Source: the human T2T-CHM13v2.0 reference genome, Homo sapiens. From it: a DNA stretch of 64,000 bases. A program made the position numbers and the translations under genes. Shown in pieces: positions 20,736-38,193 of the stretch. The notes under the pieces were generated by a model. That model did no database searches, was not told where the DNA came from, and was given only the letters and a program-made list of their open reading frames with translations. Every line of letters begins with the position of its first letter. Within the stretch, counting starts at the first letter, position 1. The stretch is from assembly GCF_009914755.1 (NCBI RefSeq), contig NC_060943.1. One strand, 5' to 3'.

Positions 20736-22300
20736 AGATTCAATGCTGTCCCCATCAAGCTACCACTGAGTTTCTTCACAGAATTAGAAAAAACTACTTT
20801 AAATTTCATATAGAACCAAAAAAGAGGCTGCATTGCCAAGACAATCCTAAGCAAAAAGAGCGAAGCTGGAGACATTATACTACCTGACTTCAAACTATTG
20901 TACAAGGCTACAGTAACCAAAACAGCATGGTATTGGTATCAAAACAGATATACAGACCAATGGAACAGAACAGAGGCCTCAGAAATAACACCACACATCT
21001 ACAACCATCTGATCTTTGACAAACCTGACAAAAACAAGCAATGAGGAAAGGATTCCCTATTTAATAAATGGTGTTGGGAAAACTGGCTAGCCATATGCAG
21101 AAAACTGAAACTGGACCCCTTCCTTACACCTTATACAAAAATTAACTCAAGATGGATTAAAGACTTAAATGTAACACCCCAAACCATAAAAACTCTAGAA
21201 GAAAACCTAGGTAATGCCATTCAGGACATAGACATGGGCAAAGGCTTCATAACTAAAATACCAAAAGCAATGGCAACAAAAGCCAAATTTGACAAATGGG
21301 ACCTAATTAAACGAAAGAGCTTCTTCACAGCAAAAGAAACTATTGTTGGAGTGAACAGGCAACCTATGGAATGGGAGAAAATTTTTGCAATCTATCCATC
21401 TGACAAAGGGCTAATATCCAGGATATACAAAGAACATAAACAAATTTACAGCAGAAAAACAAACAACTCCATCAAAAAGTGGGCAAAAGATATAAACAGA
21501 CACTTCTCAAAAGAAGACATTTACGCAGCCAACAAACATATGAAAATATGCTCATTATCACTGGTCATTAGAGAAATGCAAATCAAAACCACAATGAGAT
21601 ACCATCTCATGACAGTTAGAATGCAATCACTAAAAAGTCAGAAAACAACAGATGCTGGGGAGGATGTGGAGAAATAGGAACACTTTCACACTGTTAGTGG
21701 GAGTGTAAATTAGTTCAACCATAGTGGAAGACAGTGTGAGAATTCCTCAAGGATCTAGAATCAGAAATAGCATTTGACCCAGCAACCCCATTACTGAGTA
21801 TATACCCAAAAGATTATAAATCACATGAACACGTATGTTTATTGCAGCACTATTCACAATAGCAAAGACTTGGAACCAACCCAAGTGCCCATCAGTAATA
21901 GATTGGATAAAGAAAATGTGGCACATATACACCATGGAATACTATGCAGCCATAAACAAGGACGAGTTCATGTCCTTTGCACGGACATGGATGAAGCTGG
22001 AAACCATCATTCTCAGCAAACTAACACAAGAACAGAAAACCAAACATTGTATGTTCTCACTCATAAGTGGGAGTTGAACAATGAGAATGCATGGACACAA
22101 GGAGGGGAATATGACACACTGGGACCTGTCAGATTGAGGGGGGCTAGGAGATGAATAGTATCAGGAGAAATACCTAATGTAGATGATGGGTGGATGCGTT
22201 CAGCAAACCATCATGGTACATGTATACCTGTGTAACAAACCTGCACATTGTGCACATGTGTCTCAGAACTTAAAGTGTAATAATAAAAAAGAAAAAAAAA
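20736..22300 (+). mobile_element. 5'-truncated L1PA (L1PA7/8-like) 3' ORF2, 3'UTR and polyA
   Basis: ORF 21234..21677 and 21835..22077 (MFIAALFTIAKTWNQPKCPS); terminal gtaacaaacctgcaca...aataaaaaa. Confidence 0.92.
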
Positions 22301-24915
<2,615 letters not shown>

Positions 24916-25828
24916 ACTTTGTGACCTCCATCTCTGCCACCATGACCACTTTGTTCATGGGCCTATTGGGCAATGACGGGGTGGCTGGGGAAAGACGCTG
25001 AGTGATGTCAACAAAACAGGTCATCCTATCCACTTGATTATTAAAAATCTCCTCTGCTGAGGTCACCCATTGGTGAGCACTCACATGGGATACAAATATC
25101 TTCACAGTTTTTGACCACTCAGGAGGTTCATTCACATACCTCTTCCCCAAATTTCTTTGTCACCAATTTTTCAATCATGCTTCTTCCAAGTACCTGGCAA
25201 TCCAGCCAAACAATTGGCTAAAGCCCATGATTCAGTATGTAATCACACATCTGGCCATTTCTCCTTCCATGCAAAGTGCACAACCAGGTGCACTGCTCAA
25301 AGTTCTGCCCACTGGGAAGATTTCCCTTCACCACTGTCTTTCAGGGATGTCCTAGAAAGGAACTGTAGTGCCGCAGCTGTGTCCACTTTCAGGTGGTGCC
25401 TGCTTATTATACAGAATCATCTGTAAACGAGGCCATAGTCTTTTCTTCCTCTGTCAAATGATCACAGGGAACTCCCCCTTAGGTCATCAGTGCAGGCTGG
25501 GGGAGAGAAGGCAGGATGGCAGAAGTGGAGACCATGGGCATTTGAGCCACTTTCTCATTTGTGCCTTCAGAAACTGCTCAAGCCCAATCACATATATACT
25601 ACCTCCATTTGATGATGGAATGCTGTTTTGCATGACCTACTTTATGGTTAGATGGGTCAGAAAGCACCCAGTTCATGATAGGCAGTTCAGGTCGCATGGT
25701 GACTTGACAACCCATAGTCAAAAGTTCAGTTTTTACCAAAGCCCAGTAATAGGCCAAGAGTTGTCTCTCAAAAGGAGAGTAGTTATCTGCAGAAAATGGC
25801 AGGGCTTTGTTACAAAATCCTACAGGCT

Positions 25829-26231
<403 letters not shown>

Positions 26232-29103
26232 TTACACTGACAACTCAAGATCCATTGGATCTCCTGGGTAATATGGCCCAAGTGGCAGAGCAGCTTGCAC
26301 AGCAGCCTGGACCTGTTGCAGAGCCTTCTCCTTTTCTGGACCACACTCAGAACTGGCAGCTTTTTGGGTCACTCAATAAATGGGCCAGAGTAACACACCC
26401 AAATGAGGAATAGGTTGCCTCCAAAACCCAAATAGGCCCACTAGACATTGTGCCTCTTTCTTGGTTGTAGGATGGGCCAAATGCAGCAACTTACCTTTTA
26501 CCTTAGAAGGACTATCTTGACAGGCCTTGGACCACTGGACCCCTGGAAGTTTTACTGAGCTAGAAGGTCTCTAAATTTTAGTCAGACTTATTTTCCATCC
26601 TCTGGCATGCAAACGTCTCATGAATAAGTCTGGTGTGTTTGCTATTTCTTGCTTACTGGATTCAATCAGCATAATGTCATCAATGTAATGGACCACTGTG
26701 GTATTTGCAAAAGCAAAAAGTGATAGAGGTGTCTTTGAATAAGATTATGACACAAAGCCAGAGAGAGCGATAGGATAGTAAAGGTATATTGCCGGCCTTG
26801 CCAGCTGAAAGCAAATTGCTTCTGGTGGGCTTTATGGACAGGAATTGAGAAAAGGGCATTTGCTAAGTGAATGTCTGCATACCAGGTACCAGGAGATGTG
26901 GTAATTTGCTCAAGCAATGAAACTACATCTGGTACAGCAGCTGCAATTGGAGTTACCTCTTGATTAACCTCATGATAATCCACTGTCATTCTCCAAAATC
27001 CATCTGTCTCCTGCCAAATGAGTTGAACGGGATGGGGTGGGAATCACAGCCTCTGCGTCTTTCAAGTCCTTGATGCTGGCACTAATCTCTGCAACCCCTC
27101 CACGGATGCAATATTGGTTTTGATTTACTATTTTCCCAGGTAGAGGCAGCTCTAATGGCTTCCATTTGGCTTTTTCCACCCTAATAGCCCTCACCCTACT
27201 ACTCAGAGAGCCAATGTAGGAGTTCTGCCATCTGCTAAGTATGTCTATGCCAATTTTGCATTCTGGAACTGGGGAAATGACCACAGAGTGAGTCTTGGGA
27301 CCCACTGGATCAACCATGTTGGACCTGAGCTAAATTTCTATTAAGTACCTGACCTCCATAAGCTTCTACTTTAACTGGAGGACCACAGTGATGTTTTGGG
27401 TCCCCTGGAATCAATGTCAGCTCAGAGCCAGTGTTTAGGAGTCCCCAAAATGTCCAATCATTTCCCTTTCCCCAGTGCACAATAACCCTCATAAAAGGCC
27501 AGAGATATCCTTGGGGAAAGATGAGAGAAAGATTCACTACATAAATTGTCAGTAGTGTAGTGGGGTTTTTCCTCAAGGGAATCCGGCCTCCCCTTTATTC
27601 AAGGGGTTCTGGGTCTGTAAACTGGCTCAAGTCTGGAAATTGATTGAGGGGCCATGATTCTCTGTTTTTATGTTTCAAATTAGTCTTTTGTCCATTCAAC
27701 CTAGAATTTTTCTGCTTGCATAAATTAAGTAGGAATGTAGTAGGTTTCCTATCAATTTTACTTCTAAGAACACCGTGATGAATCAGCCAATGCCAGAACT
27801 CTACACAAGTCAGACTATTCTGATTGCCATTTTGCCTCTGCTGTCCATTACAGTAGCTATGCCCACCTTGCCTTTGATGGTTGGCCCCTGCCACCATGGG
27901 ATCCAATTATTCCCACTGTATTTAAATTTTGTAGTTGAGTGACCGGGGTTCCCACTGTTAGATCCGACATGCAGAGAAGAGCAATTATAAGGTTCTTCAA
28001 AGATTCAGGTGCTGCCTTCACAAATCTATTTTGCAAGGCAATGGTCAAGGGTATATCTTCTGGACCTTCCCTGCTAGAATTAGTAGGTCTAAAGTGACTA
28101 ATCCACTCCAGTATCCCAATCTCCCTAAGCCTTTTGATTCCTCCCTCTACATTAAACCAAGGGATATCAGGCATTTCCAGGTCCCTCACAGTGGGCCATC
28201 TTTTAATCTATATTTCAGCTAACCGAGCAAATAAACTATTAAAACCTTTTTTAATTCCCCAAGCTGCAACATTAAATGCAGTGTTCCTACTTAGTTGGCC
28301 CAAATAAACAAATTCAGCCTTGTTCAACTCTATGTTCCTTCCACCATTATCCCACACCCTTAATATTCATCCCCAAGCCTGTTCTCCAGATTTCTGTTTA
28401 TATAAATTAGAAAACTCAAGCAGTTCTTTTTGAGTGTAGTGTACCTCCTCATGGGGCACACTCTCAACCTCACCTCTAGGGGTCTGCTGGGACTTTAGTC
28501 TACTTATATGCCTAGAAGCAAACAGGGGTGTTGAGGGTGGCTCCTGAAAAGAATCAACATTATTTTGCCTGACAACTGCCTCAGGGGAGGCCATCAGTGT
28601 TGCCTCAGGCAGTGCAGAGTTTATCTCAGACAAAGGTGGAAAGGCTAATGGCAGCACGGATCAGAAAGGGGATGTTGCCACTACTGGGGATGGGGAAGCT
28701 CTTTCTTCTAACAAAAAAGGCTCATCAGAGTTTACAAACTCAGAGCCCCTAGCTTCATCAGGGTCCTCCCACACGTCCCCATTCCAAGTGGCAGGGTCCC
28801 ATTCTTTTCCAATCAATGCGCTCACTCTAACAGTAGACACCTGGCGAGGCTGTGCATACACCTTTTGTTGCAGGTCAGCCACTAGCATAATAAGAGTTTG
28901 TGTCTGTTTTTGCACAATTTCAGCTCTTTCTCTACCAGAGATGAGACTCTCACACAGGGCAATCTTAGCAGATTTGAGGCTCAGTAACTGCTTCTGAAGC
29001 CAAAAGATAGAATCCCTGAGTTCATCATTTTCTATCATCACTTTGTTCACTGAACTTATGACAACCAGCTTCATTATGTTCCTTGGTTCTCCACATATGG
29101 TCA

Positions 29104-29320
29104 AACCTCCGCCTCCCAGTTCAAGCAATTCTCTGCCTCAGACTCCTGAGTAGCTGGGATTACAGGCACCCACCACCACACCTGGCTAATTTTTGTATTT
29201 TTAGTAGAGAGGGGGTTTCACCATCTTGACCAGGCTGGTCTTGAACTCCTGACCTCGTGATCCACCCACCTCGCCCCCCCCAAAGTGCTGGGTTTACAGG
29301 TGTGAGCCACTATGCCCAGC
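29104..29320 (-). mobile_element. 3'-truncated (tailless) Alu in HERV-L gag
   Basis: Alu ends at ...ggcggaggtt with no A tail; flanked by tggtcaaa duplication. Confidence 0.85.
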
Positions 29321-29584
29321 TGGTCAAAGGTATTATGTATAGAGTCACTAAACTCCTTGCCTCTCATGAATGATAAATCAGGAGTGTCAAATGCATTTAT
29401 TTTACATAACTCTCTAAACAGTTCATCCCAAAGACTATCAGTGTTTTCCATACTATTAGAAGTAGATCCTTAACATTTTTGGGTCTAATCATATTAAGCA
29501 GCCAATTCCAGAAACCCCAGAATCAAAAAAGGAACTTCATCCTTAATATTCTGTTCCTCTAGAACCACTCCTGGTACAAAAATC

Positions 29585-29658
29585 TGTATTAGTCAGGGTT
29601 CTCTAGAGGGACAGAACTAATGGAATATATATATCCCTGTGTGAGATATGTATGTGTA

Positions 29659-29700
<42 letters not shown>

Positions 29701-30093
29701 ATATAAAGGGGAGTTTATTAAGTATTAACTCACAGAATCACTAGACCCACAATAGGCATTCTGCAGGCTGAGAATCAAGGAGAGCCACTCCGAGTTCCAA
29801 AACTAAAGAACTTGGAGTCTGATGTTCAAGGGCAGGAAGAATCCAGCACAGGAGAAAGATGTAGGCTGAGAGGCTAGACCAGTCACTCTTTTCACATTTT
29901 TCTGCCTGCTTATATTCTAGCCACTCTGGCATCTGATTAGATTGCGCCCATCCAGATTAAGTGTGTGTCTGCCTTTTCCAGCCAACTGACTCAGTTGTTA
30001 ATCTCCTTTGGCAACACCCTCACAGAGACACCCAGATTTAATACTTTGTATCCTTCAATCCAGCCTAGTTGACACTCAGTATTAACCATCACA
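29585..30093 (-). mobile_element. MLT2A (MLT2A1/A2) 5' LTR of HERV-L, containing a (TA)n tract at ~29663-29696
   Basis: Termini tgtattagtcagggttctctagagggacagaac ... gacactcagtattaaccatcaca; adjacent PBS. Confidence 0.93.
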
Positions 30094-33000
30094 CCTAGTT
30101 AAGAGAGTCAACATCTCTCCATTTGGCTGAGGAAACAGTCATCACCATTTTTCTAAGCTGAATCCAGAAATGAGTCAGCATTCCATCAGTGGTCAGATTC
30201 ACATATCAGTCACAATTCCAACTGTGAATTTTTTTGGTGTGTGAGATTTAGAACCTCACCAGTGGGCTCTGTTTATATGTGAAGGTAACAATACTAACTG
30301 TTAGCTTTGTCTGCATATTGAAGTCACAATCTCACCTGCGTGCGGGGCCCCGTGATAAAACTTTGCATTGCCAGAGGGCTTTATGTAATTTCCATAAGTG
30401 TCATAATCTTCTGTGACTCTCATACAGGTAGAAGACCCAGGACCCTACCAGTTTACTCAAGCCTAGCTATAATAGTCAACATATATTTTATTGGCTGGAT
30501 CCAGGTATGAGAGTTATCAATGTGCCTGTGAGCTAACTTTATAAATAGGTCAACATCACACCTGTGGCTGGATCTACATATGACATTCCAGCTGTGGACT
30601 GTGTCCATGTACAAGATTCAAGACCTTACCAGAAGTCTCTGTCCATGTGTGAGGGTGACACTCAACTTTTGGCAGGATGAGCATACAAGAGTCACAATCT
30701 CACCTGTGTGCTGGGTGCAGTTATATGTCAAAATCCCACCTGTGGAAAAGAAACAAGCTAAGAGAGTCACATATTTTAAGTTCTAGGCTAAAGATATGTT
30801 ACAATATGCCTTGTGGGCAAGGCTCAGGAAAGAGAGTTACATCACCTGAGTGATGTGACTGGTGATATGTCACAATGCCTTCTATGGGCATGGCTCAGGC
30901 AGGAGTTTTACATTATTTTTGTGTTGGCCCTATGATATGTCACAATCCCCCTCCATTTGCGTGACTTAGAGAAAATAGAAGAGTCACAGCACCTAAATTA
31001 TGACCACAGAGGTATATCACAATACCTCCTGTGGGCAGAGCCTAAGATAGAGGGTCACATCACCTGCAATCTGGGCTCAGTACAATGTTTCAATCTCCCC
31101 TGAGGCCAGAGCCCAGGCAGAAGAGGAGAATTATATCACCTAAGTGCTTGGGCCTGTGGTATGTCACAGTTCTTTTTTTTTTTTTTTTTTTTTTGCTGGG
31201 GGGTAGGCAGAATGCAGGCAAAGTATTTCACAATACCTACTGTGGGCAGGGCCCAGGCAGTACAGTCACATCACAGAGGTGCTGGGCTCAGTGACATCTC
31301 ACAGTGACTTTGTGGACAGGGCCCAGGCTGAAAATAAGAGTCATATGACCTAAGTGCTGAGCCCAGTGAAATTTCACAATAGCCTCTGTGGGTAGGGCTC
31401 AAGCAAGAGAGTCACATCACAATCTTTTCTGAGAGCTGGGCCCAGGCAGGGAAGTAAAATCACTCAGGTGCTAGGCAAAAGTATATGTCACAGTCATACT
31501 TGTGGGAAGATCTAGGGCTAAGATTCACAATTCCACACATGTCCCAGCTTCAGGTAAAAGCGTCAACACCTCCTGTGAGTTGCATCCAAGTACCTGAGTC
31601 ACAGTATCAATGATGAACTGGATCCATGCATGAGAGTCCCAATTCCACCTGTAGACTGTGTGTTGTGTTGGCCCTATGATATGTCACAATCCACCTCCAT
31701 TTGCATAACCTAGAGAAAATAGAAGAGTCGCAGAGCCTTCTGTGACTCGTATTAGAGTCAAAGCCTTCTAGTTGTGTTGAATCCTGGTCTTAGAGTCACC
31801 ATCCACCTGTAGACAAAATCCACATAAAACAATTACAATCCCAACTTTCGACTGTGTCCAGGTGTGAGATTCAGAAGCTCAACAGTTTTCTGTATCCATG
31901 CAGGAGGGTGACAATTTTTACTAGGCGCTGGAAGTGCATATGAGAATTAAAATCTCAGCTTGTTCTGGGTCCTCTTATGACACTCTCTGTACCTCCCAAG
32001 GGCTTTACATTGATTGGGTGAGAGTCACAATCCCCTGTGAGATATTACCACTGGTATAAATTCATGATCTTGCCTGTTGCCCTAAGTTTGGGTATGAGAG
32101 TCAACATCTCTCCTATTGTCTGGGTCCAGGTATGAAAGTAATTGCTGTGCCTCTTAGTTGGGTTTTATGAGTCACCCTCCCACCTGTGGCTGGATCCACA
32201 CATGACATTAAAAATTCCAACTGTGGACTGCATCTGTAAGTGAACCTGCAGGTTCTGTCCATGTGTGTGGGTGACAATTCTTACTCTTTGCTGGGTGTGC
32301 ATTTGAGAGTCACAATCTCAAATTTTGCTGAGTTATGTAATGACACTTTCTGTACAACCCGAGGGCATTATACAATATTAGTGAGCGTGGTAATCCTCTG
32401 TGACATTTATACAAGTAGAAAACCCAAAACCTTACCTGTTGCCCTAAGCCTAGGTACAAGCAGCAACATATCTTCTATTGGTGGGTTTATTGGGCAAGTG
32501 AATTGGGTTCAGAAATTTTCCACCATCCAACTGGTGTAATAGGTTCATATGTGAGACTCAGGCCCTCACCAGTAAGCTCGGCCTATGTGTGAGGGTGGCA
32601 ATTCAAACTGTTGGCTAGGTGTGTATAGGAGAGTCTCAATGTCACCTGTGTACTCAGTCTTGTAATGACACTCTGTATTGCCCAAAAGCTTTATACTATA
32701 TGTGTGAGTGTCATAATCTTCTACTACCTGCCTACAAGTAAAAGACTTAGACCCCAAAGCCTAGCTACCAGAGTCAACATCTCTCTTATTGGCTGGGCCC
32801 ATGTTTGACAGTCATCACCATTCCTGTGAGCTGAATCCAGAAATGAGTCACCATCCCACTTCTGGCAAGGTATACATATGACAGTCACAATTCCAGCTGT
32901 TGACTGCATTCACTCATGAGACTCAGGACCTCAACAGCAGTCTTTGTCCATGTGTTATAGTGACAATAGTAACTATTGTCTGGGATTGCATACAAGAATA

Positions 33001-34014
33001 AAAATCTCATCTGTGTGCTTGACCACGTTATATTTCACAATTTTACCTGTGGGAAAGGCTAATAAATGAGAGTAACATCACCATAATTCTTCACCTGGAA
33101 TATGTCTCAATCTCCCCTGTGGGCAAGGCCCAGGCTGGAGAATCAGATCACTTGCATGCAGGGCCCAGTGACATATTATATTTTCTCTAGGCACAGCCCA
33201 GGCAGGAGAGTCACAACATTTGGGTGTTGGGCTCAGAGATATGTCATAATCCCTTTTTGGGTCATGTCTCCTGCAACAGAGGAGAGGCACATTGTGTAGA
33301 AAATTGGTCCAGGGATTTGTCACAATGTCCCCTTTGGGTGGTGCACAGGCAGGTGAGGAGAGTCACATCACCCAGATAATGGAACTAGCAATATGTCACA
33401 ATGCCCCCGATGGAAGGGCAAAGACAAGAAAGTCACATAACCTAGGTAAGAAAACCTGACATATGTCACAATTCATGCTATGAGTAGGGATCATGGAAAA
33501 GAGGAGAGTCACATAACCTAGGGGCTGCACCCAGATATATGTCATAATCACTGCAGTGGGCAGGGCCCAGGCATGCGAATCACATCACATAAATGCTGGG
33601 CTTAGTGATATGTCACAATCCCCACTGTGTACATGTCCCAGAATGAAGTAAAGAGTCACATCATCTACTTGTTGGGACCAAAGATATGTATCAATGACAC
33701 CTGTGGGCAGGGACCAGGCAGAAGAGCCACAGCACCTGTGTGCTGGACCCTGTGATAAGTTACTATTTATCTGTTGGCATGGCCCAGTCAGAAGAGGCAA
33801 ATCAAACCACCTGGGTGCTGGGCCCAGTGATATGTCACAGTGTCTTCCATAGGCAAAGCCCAGGTAACAGAGGAGACTCACATCAAACAGTTGATGGGCC
33901 CAGAGATATTTCACAATGCTCCCTGTGAGCAGGGTCCAGGCAGGAGGCTCACATCACCTTTGTGCTGGGCCACTATCTTTTGTGTGAGCAGAACATAGGA
34001 AAATGATAAGCATT

Positions 34015-34313
34015 GGCTGGGTGCGGTGTCTCATGCCTGTAATCCCAGCACTTTCGGAGGCTGAGGAGGGTGGATCACCTGAGATCAGGAGTTTGAGGCC
34101 AGCCTGACCAACAAGGTGAAGCCCCATCTCTACTAAAAATACAAAATACTCCAAGTGTGGTGGCAGGCACCTGTAGTCCCAGCTATTCAGGAGGCTGAGA
34201 CAGAAGAATTACTTGAACCCAGGAGCAGAGGTTGCAGTGACCGGAGATTGTGCTACTGCACTCCAGCCTGGGTGATGGAGCAAGACTCCATCTCAAAAAA
34301 AAAAAAAAAAAAG
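34015..34313 (+). mobile_element. Alu in satellite
   Basis: Alu consensus. Confidence 0.9.
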
Positions 34314-37300
34314 AGAGAACCGTCACATCATCTGAGTGCTGAGCCCAGATATGTCTCAATCTCCCTGTGAGCAGAATCCATTCAGGAGAGTCAACATACA
34401 TGGGTGATGGGCACAGAGATATTTCATAATGTCCGCTGTAGGAAGGGCACAGGCAGAAGTGTAGCATCACTTGAGTATTGGACAGTGCAATATGTCAAAA
34501 CAGCCAATGTGGTCAGGGCACAGGCAGAAATCACATAACCTGGGTGCAGGGCCTGACAGTGCATCACAATGTTCTCTATGGGCAGAGCCAAGGCAGGAGA
34601 ATAGGTCACATCAGCTAAGTGCTTGGCCAAGTGATACGTCATAATCCCTCCTGGGGGCTGGACCAAGGCTGGGAAGTCAGATTGCTCAGATTCTGGGCAG
34701 AAGGATATGTCAGAATCACACCAGCAGGAAGATCCTGAAATGAAATTAACAATCTCACACATGTCCCAGTTTCAGGTTTGGGAGTCAACACCTTTTGTAG
34801 GTTTGGTTTAAGTACCTGAGTCACAATTTCAACAATGGGCTGGATTTGTACACAAAAGACCCAATCCCTCCTGAAGACTGTGTCCCCTTAATGAAGCCAC
34901 AGCCTCACAGCTGTGGGGAATCTTGGTCTGAGAGTAACCAACCAGCCTATGGATCAGATCCACATATAAGAGTTATTTCTTCAACTTCCCACTGCCTCTG
35001 AGTGGGAGATTCAGAGCCTCAACAGTGGGTTGTGTTCATGTGGAAGGATGACAATCTTTACTATTGGCTACCTGTGCATAAGAGTGTCACAATATTACCT
35101 GTGTGCTGGGCCCTATGAGGACAGTCTCTCTACTATTCAAGGGCTTTATATGCTATTCACAAGAGTCAGAATTTGCTCTGAGACCTCCATGCTGGTATGA
35201 ACCCATGATTGTACTCATGGCCCTAAGCCCATGTATGAGAGTCAACATCTCTTTAATTGACTTGGTCCAGAGAGGAGATTACTCTGCTGCCTATGAGATG
35301 GTTTTAGAAATGAGTCACCATCTCAGTTGTGGTCAGATGTTTACATATGACAGTCACAATTCCAACTGTAAGCTGCATCCATGTATGAAGTTCAAGAACT
35401 CACCAGTACTCTGTGTCCTTGTGTGAATGCAATAATCCTAATAATTGGTGGGGTGTGCACACAAGGTAAACAGTCTCACCTGTGTGTTGGGCCTGTGATG
35501 ACACTCTGTATCACCTGAGGGCTTTATACAGTATGTGAGGGAGTGAAAATAATCTATGACCTTCCTACAAAAAGGAGACTCAGGATCTTACCCATTTCTC
35601 TAAGCTTAGCTACAAGAGACAGTATCTCTCCTGGTGACTGGTATGAGAGTCACTATTGCACCTGTCAGCCAGGCCAAGATGTATGTAACAATCCCATTTG
35701 TCAGTAGAGAACGAGCAGGATGATCACATCACCCGAGAGCTGGGAAAGGGTTATGTCACAGTCATTTTTGAGGCCAGGGACCAGGGATAAAAGAAACATC
35801 ACCTTAGTGCTAGGCCAAGGGCTATGTTCCACTGTTTTCTGTGGGCAAGGTGCAGGCAAAACAAACTCATCACCTTGTTGCTGGGCCCAGTGATATGTCA
35901 CAATTTTCCCTGTGGGCAAAGTGGAGGCTAAAAACAAGGGTCATATCTCTTAGGTTATGATGCAGAGATACATCACAAGGCCTCCTGTGGGCAGGCCACA
36001 GGTAGAAATCGCCAATTTCCTAGGTGTTGGAGCCCATGATATGTCAAAATACACAATGTATGCAGGGCCCAGGCAGAAGAGAAGAGTCACATAACTTAGG
36101 TGCTGAGCCTAGCAATACATCCCAATTTCTTCTTGGACGGAGCCCACACACTTATTACCCAGGTGTTGGGTCTAGCTATATGTCAAAATATTCCCTGAAG
36201 GGAGAGATCAGGGAGGAGTGTAACCTCACCTAGGTGAGAAGATCAGAGATGTTGCCGATTCTGTGTAAGTCTCAGGAATAAGAGAAGAGTCAGGTATCCT
36301 AGAAACTCGGCTACATTATATGTTGCAATTACCCAAGTGGGCAGGAATCTCATGAGAAGAGGGTCACATCATGTAGCTGCTGAGCTAAACGATGCATCAC
36401 AATTCCCACTGTGTATTGGTCCCAGAAAGAAGAGGAGAGTCTCATCATCTAGGTGATGGGCCCGGAAATCTGGCATATGCATCCTGTGGGCAAGCAACAG
36501 GCAGAAGTATCTCAGCATGTCTGTGGTGGGCTTGGTAGTAAGTTACTCTCCCTTCTATGGGCATGACCCAGGCAGAAGAAGTCACATCACCTAGGTGCTG
36601 GGCCCAGAGATATATCACAATCTCTTTTGTGGGAAAAGACAAGGTAAAAGAAGAGACTCACATCAAATAGTTGATGGGTCTAGAGATATGTTACAATCTT
36701 TCTGTGGGCAGAGTCTAGGCAGGAGACTCAGTCACTGTAGTCCTGGGCACAGCACTATGTAAAAATGCTTTATTTTGGAAGAGCCAAGGCAGAAGAATAT
36801 CACCTGTCTGTTAGCCTAGCAATGTCACAACATCCCCTGCAAACCAAACCTTGAAAGAAGAGTAGAGTAACCTCAGCTAGGTGCTGGTCCCAATTATTTG
36901 TCAAAATCCTTCTTTTGAGCAGAAATTGGTAGAAGAGGATTATCAAAACACAAAGTTGATTGGTGCATAGATATGTCACAGAAAACCTAGTAGGCAGGGC
37001 CAGGCCAGAGAGTTACATCACCTGGGTATCAGACTCAGCTACATGTCAAAATGGCCCATATGGGCAGGGCACAGGCAGGAGAGTCACATAACCTGAATGT
37101 GGTGCCAAGTGATATGTGACAGTGCTGCCTGTGGGCAGCATGAAGGCAGAAGAGACTCACATCACCTGGGTGCAAGGCCAAGCAATATGTCACAATGCTC
37201 CCTTTTGGCAATGCTAAGGCAGGAGCATGCAGCTACATCACCTAATTGCTGCTTTCAATGAAATTTTATAATTTCAGCTCTGGGCTGGGCCCAGGGAGTA

Positions 37301-38193
37301 GAGTTAAATCAGTCACATGACAGGCAGAATCTATGTCACAATCACACCTGCAGGAATGTCCAGGTATGAGATTAACAATCCCATATGTATCTAGGTTCGA
37401 GGTGTAAGATTCAATAGCTCATGTATGTTGGGCCTACGTAAAGAGTCACAATCTAGATGGTAGACTAATCTGTCCATGAGACCCTTAATTCCTCGTGTGG
37501 ACTGTATCTCCTTAATGAAGTCACAGCCTCAGAGTTGTGTTGAATCTGAGAGTCACCAACCCACCTGTGAATGAGATCCAGGTATGATAGTCAATTTTCT
37601 AACTTTTGACTGCCTCCAAGTCTGAGATTCAGAAGCTCAATCATTGGCTGTTTTCATGAGACAGAATGACAATCTTTACTGTTGACTGGGTGTGCATATG
37701 AGTGGCACAGTCTCACCTGTGTGCTGGGCTCTGTTGGAACTCTTTCTGCACCACCTGAGGACTTTGTAGAGTGTGCATAAAAGTCACAGTCTGCTCTGAG
37801 ACCTTTCTGCTAGTATAGACCCATGATTATATCTTTGACCCTAAGTTCAGGTATAAGCATAGTTGTCAGGGTCCAGATTAGAGAGTCCTCACTCTCTAGT
37901 CGGCAGGGTCTAGATTGGAGAATCTTCACCTGCCTATGCACTGCATTTATTAATGACAATTTATTAATTGTGGCCAAATGTTAATATATGACAGTAACAA
38001 ATCGAACTTTGAACTGGGTCCACCTGTGAGATTCAGGAGCTTACCAGTTGGCTTTTGCCATGTGTGAGGGTGACAATCCTAACAGTTGGCAGTTTCTGCA
38101 CTTTAGAAACAATCTCACCTGTCTGCTAAGCTCTGTGAAGACACTCTTTGTGCCACTCAAAAGGTTTATGAAACACACCAAAGATTGGTAATT

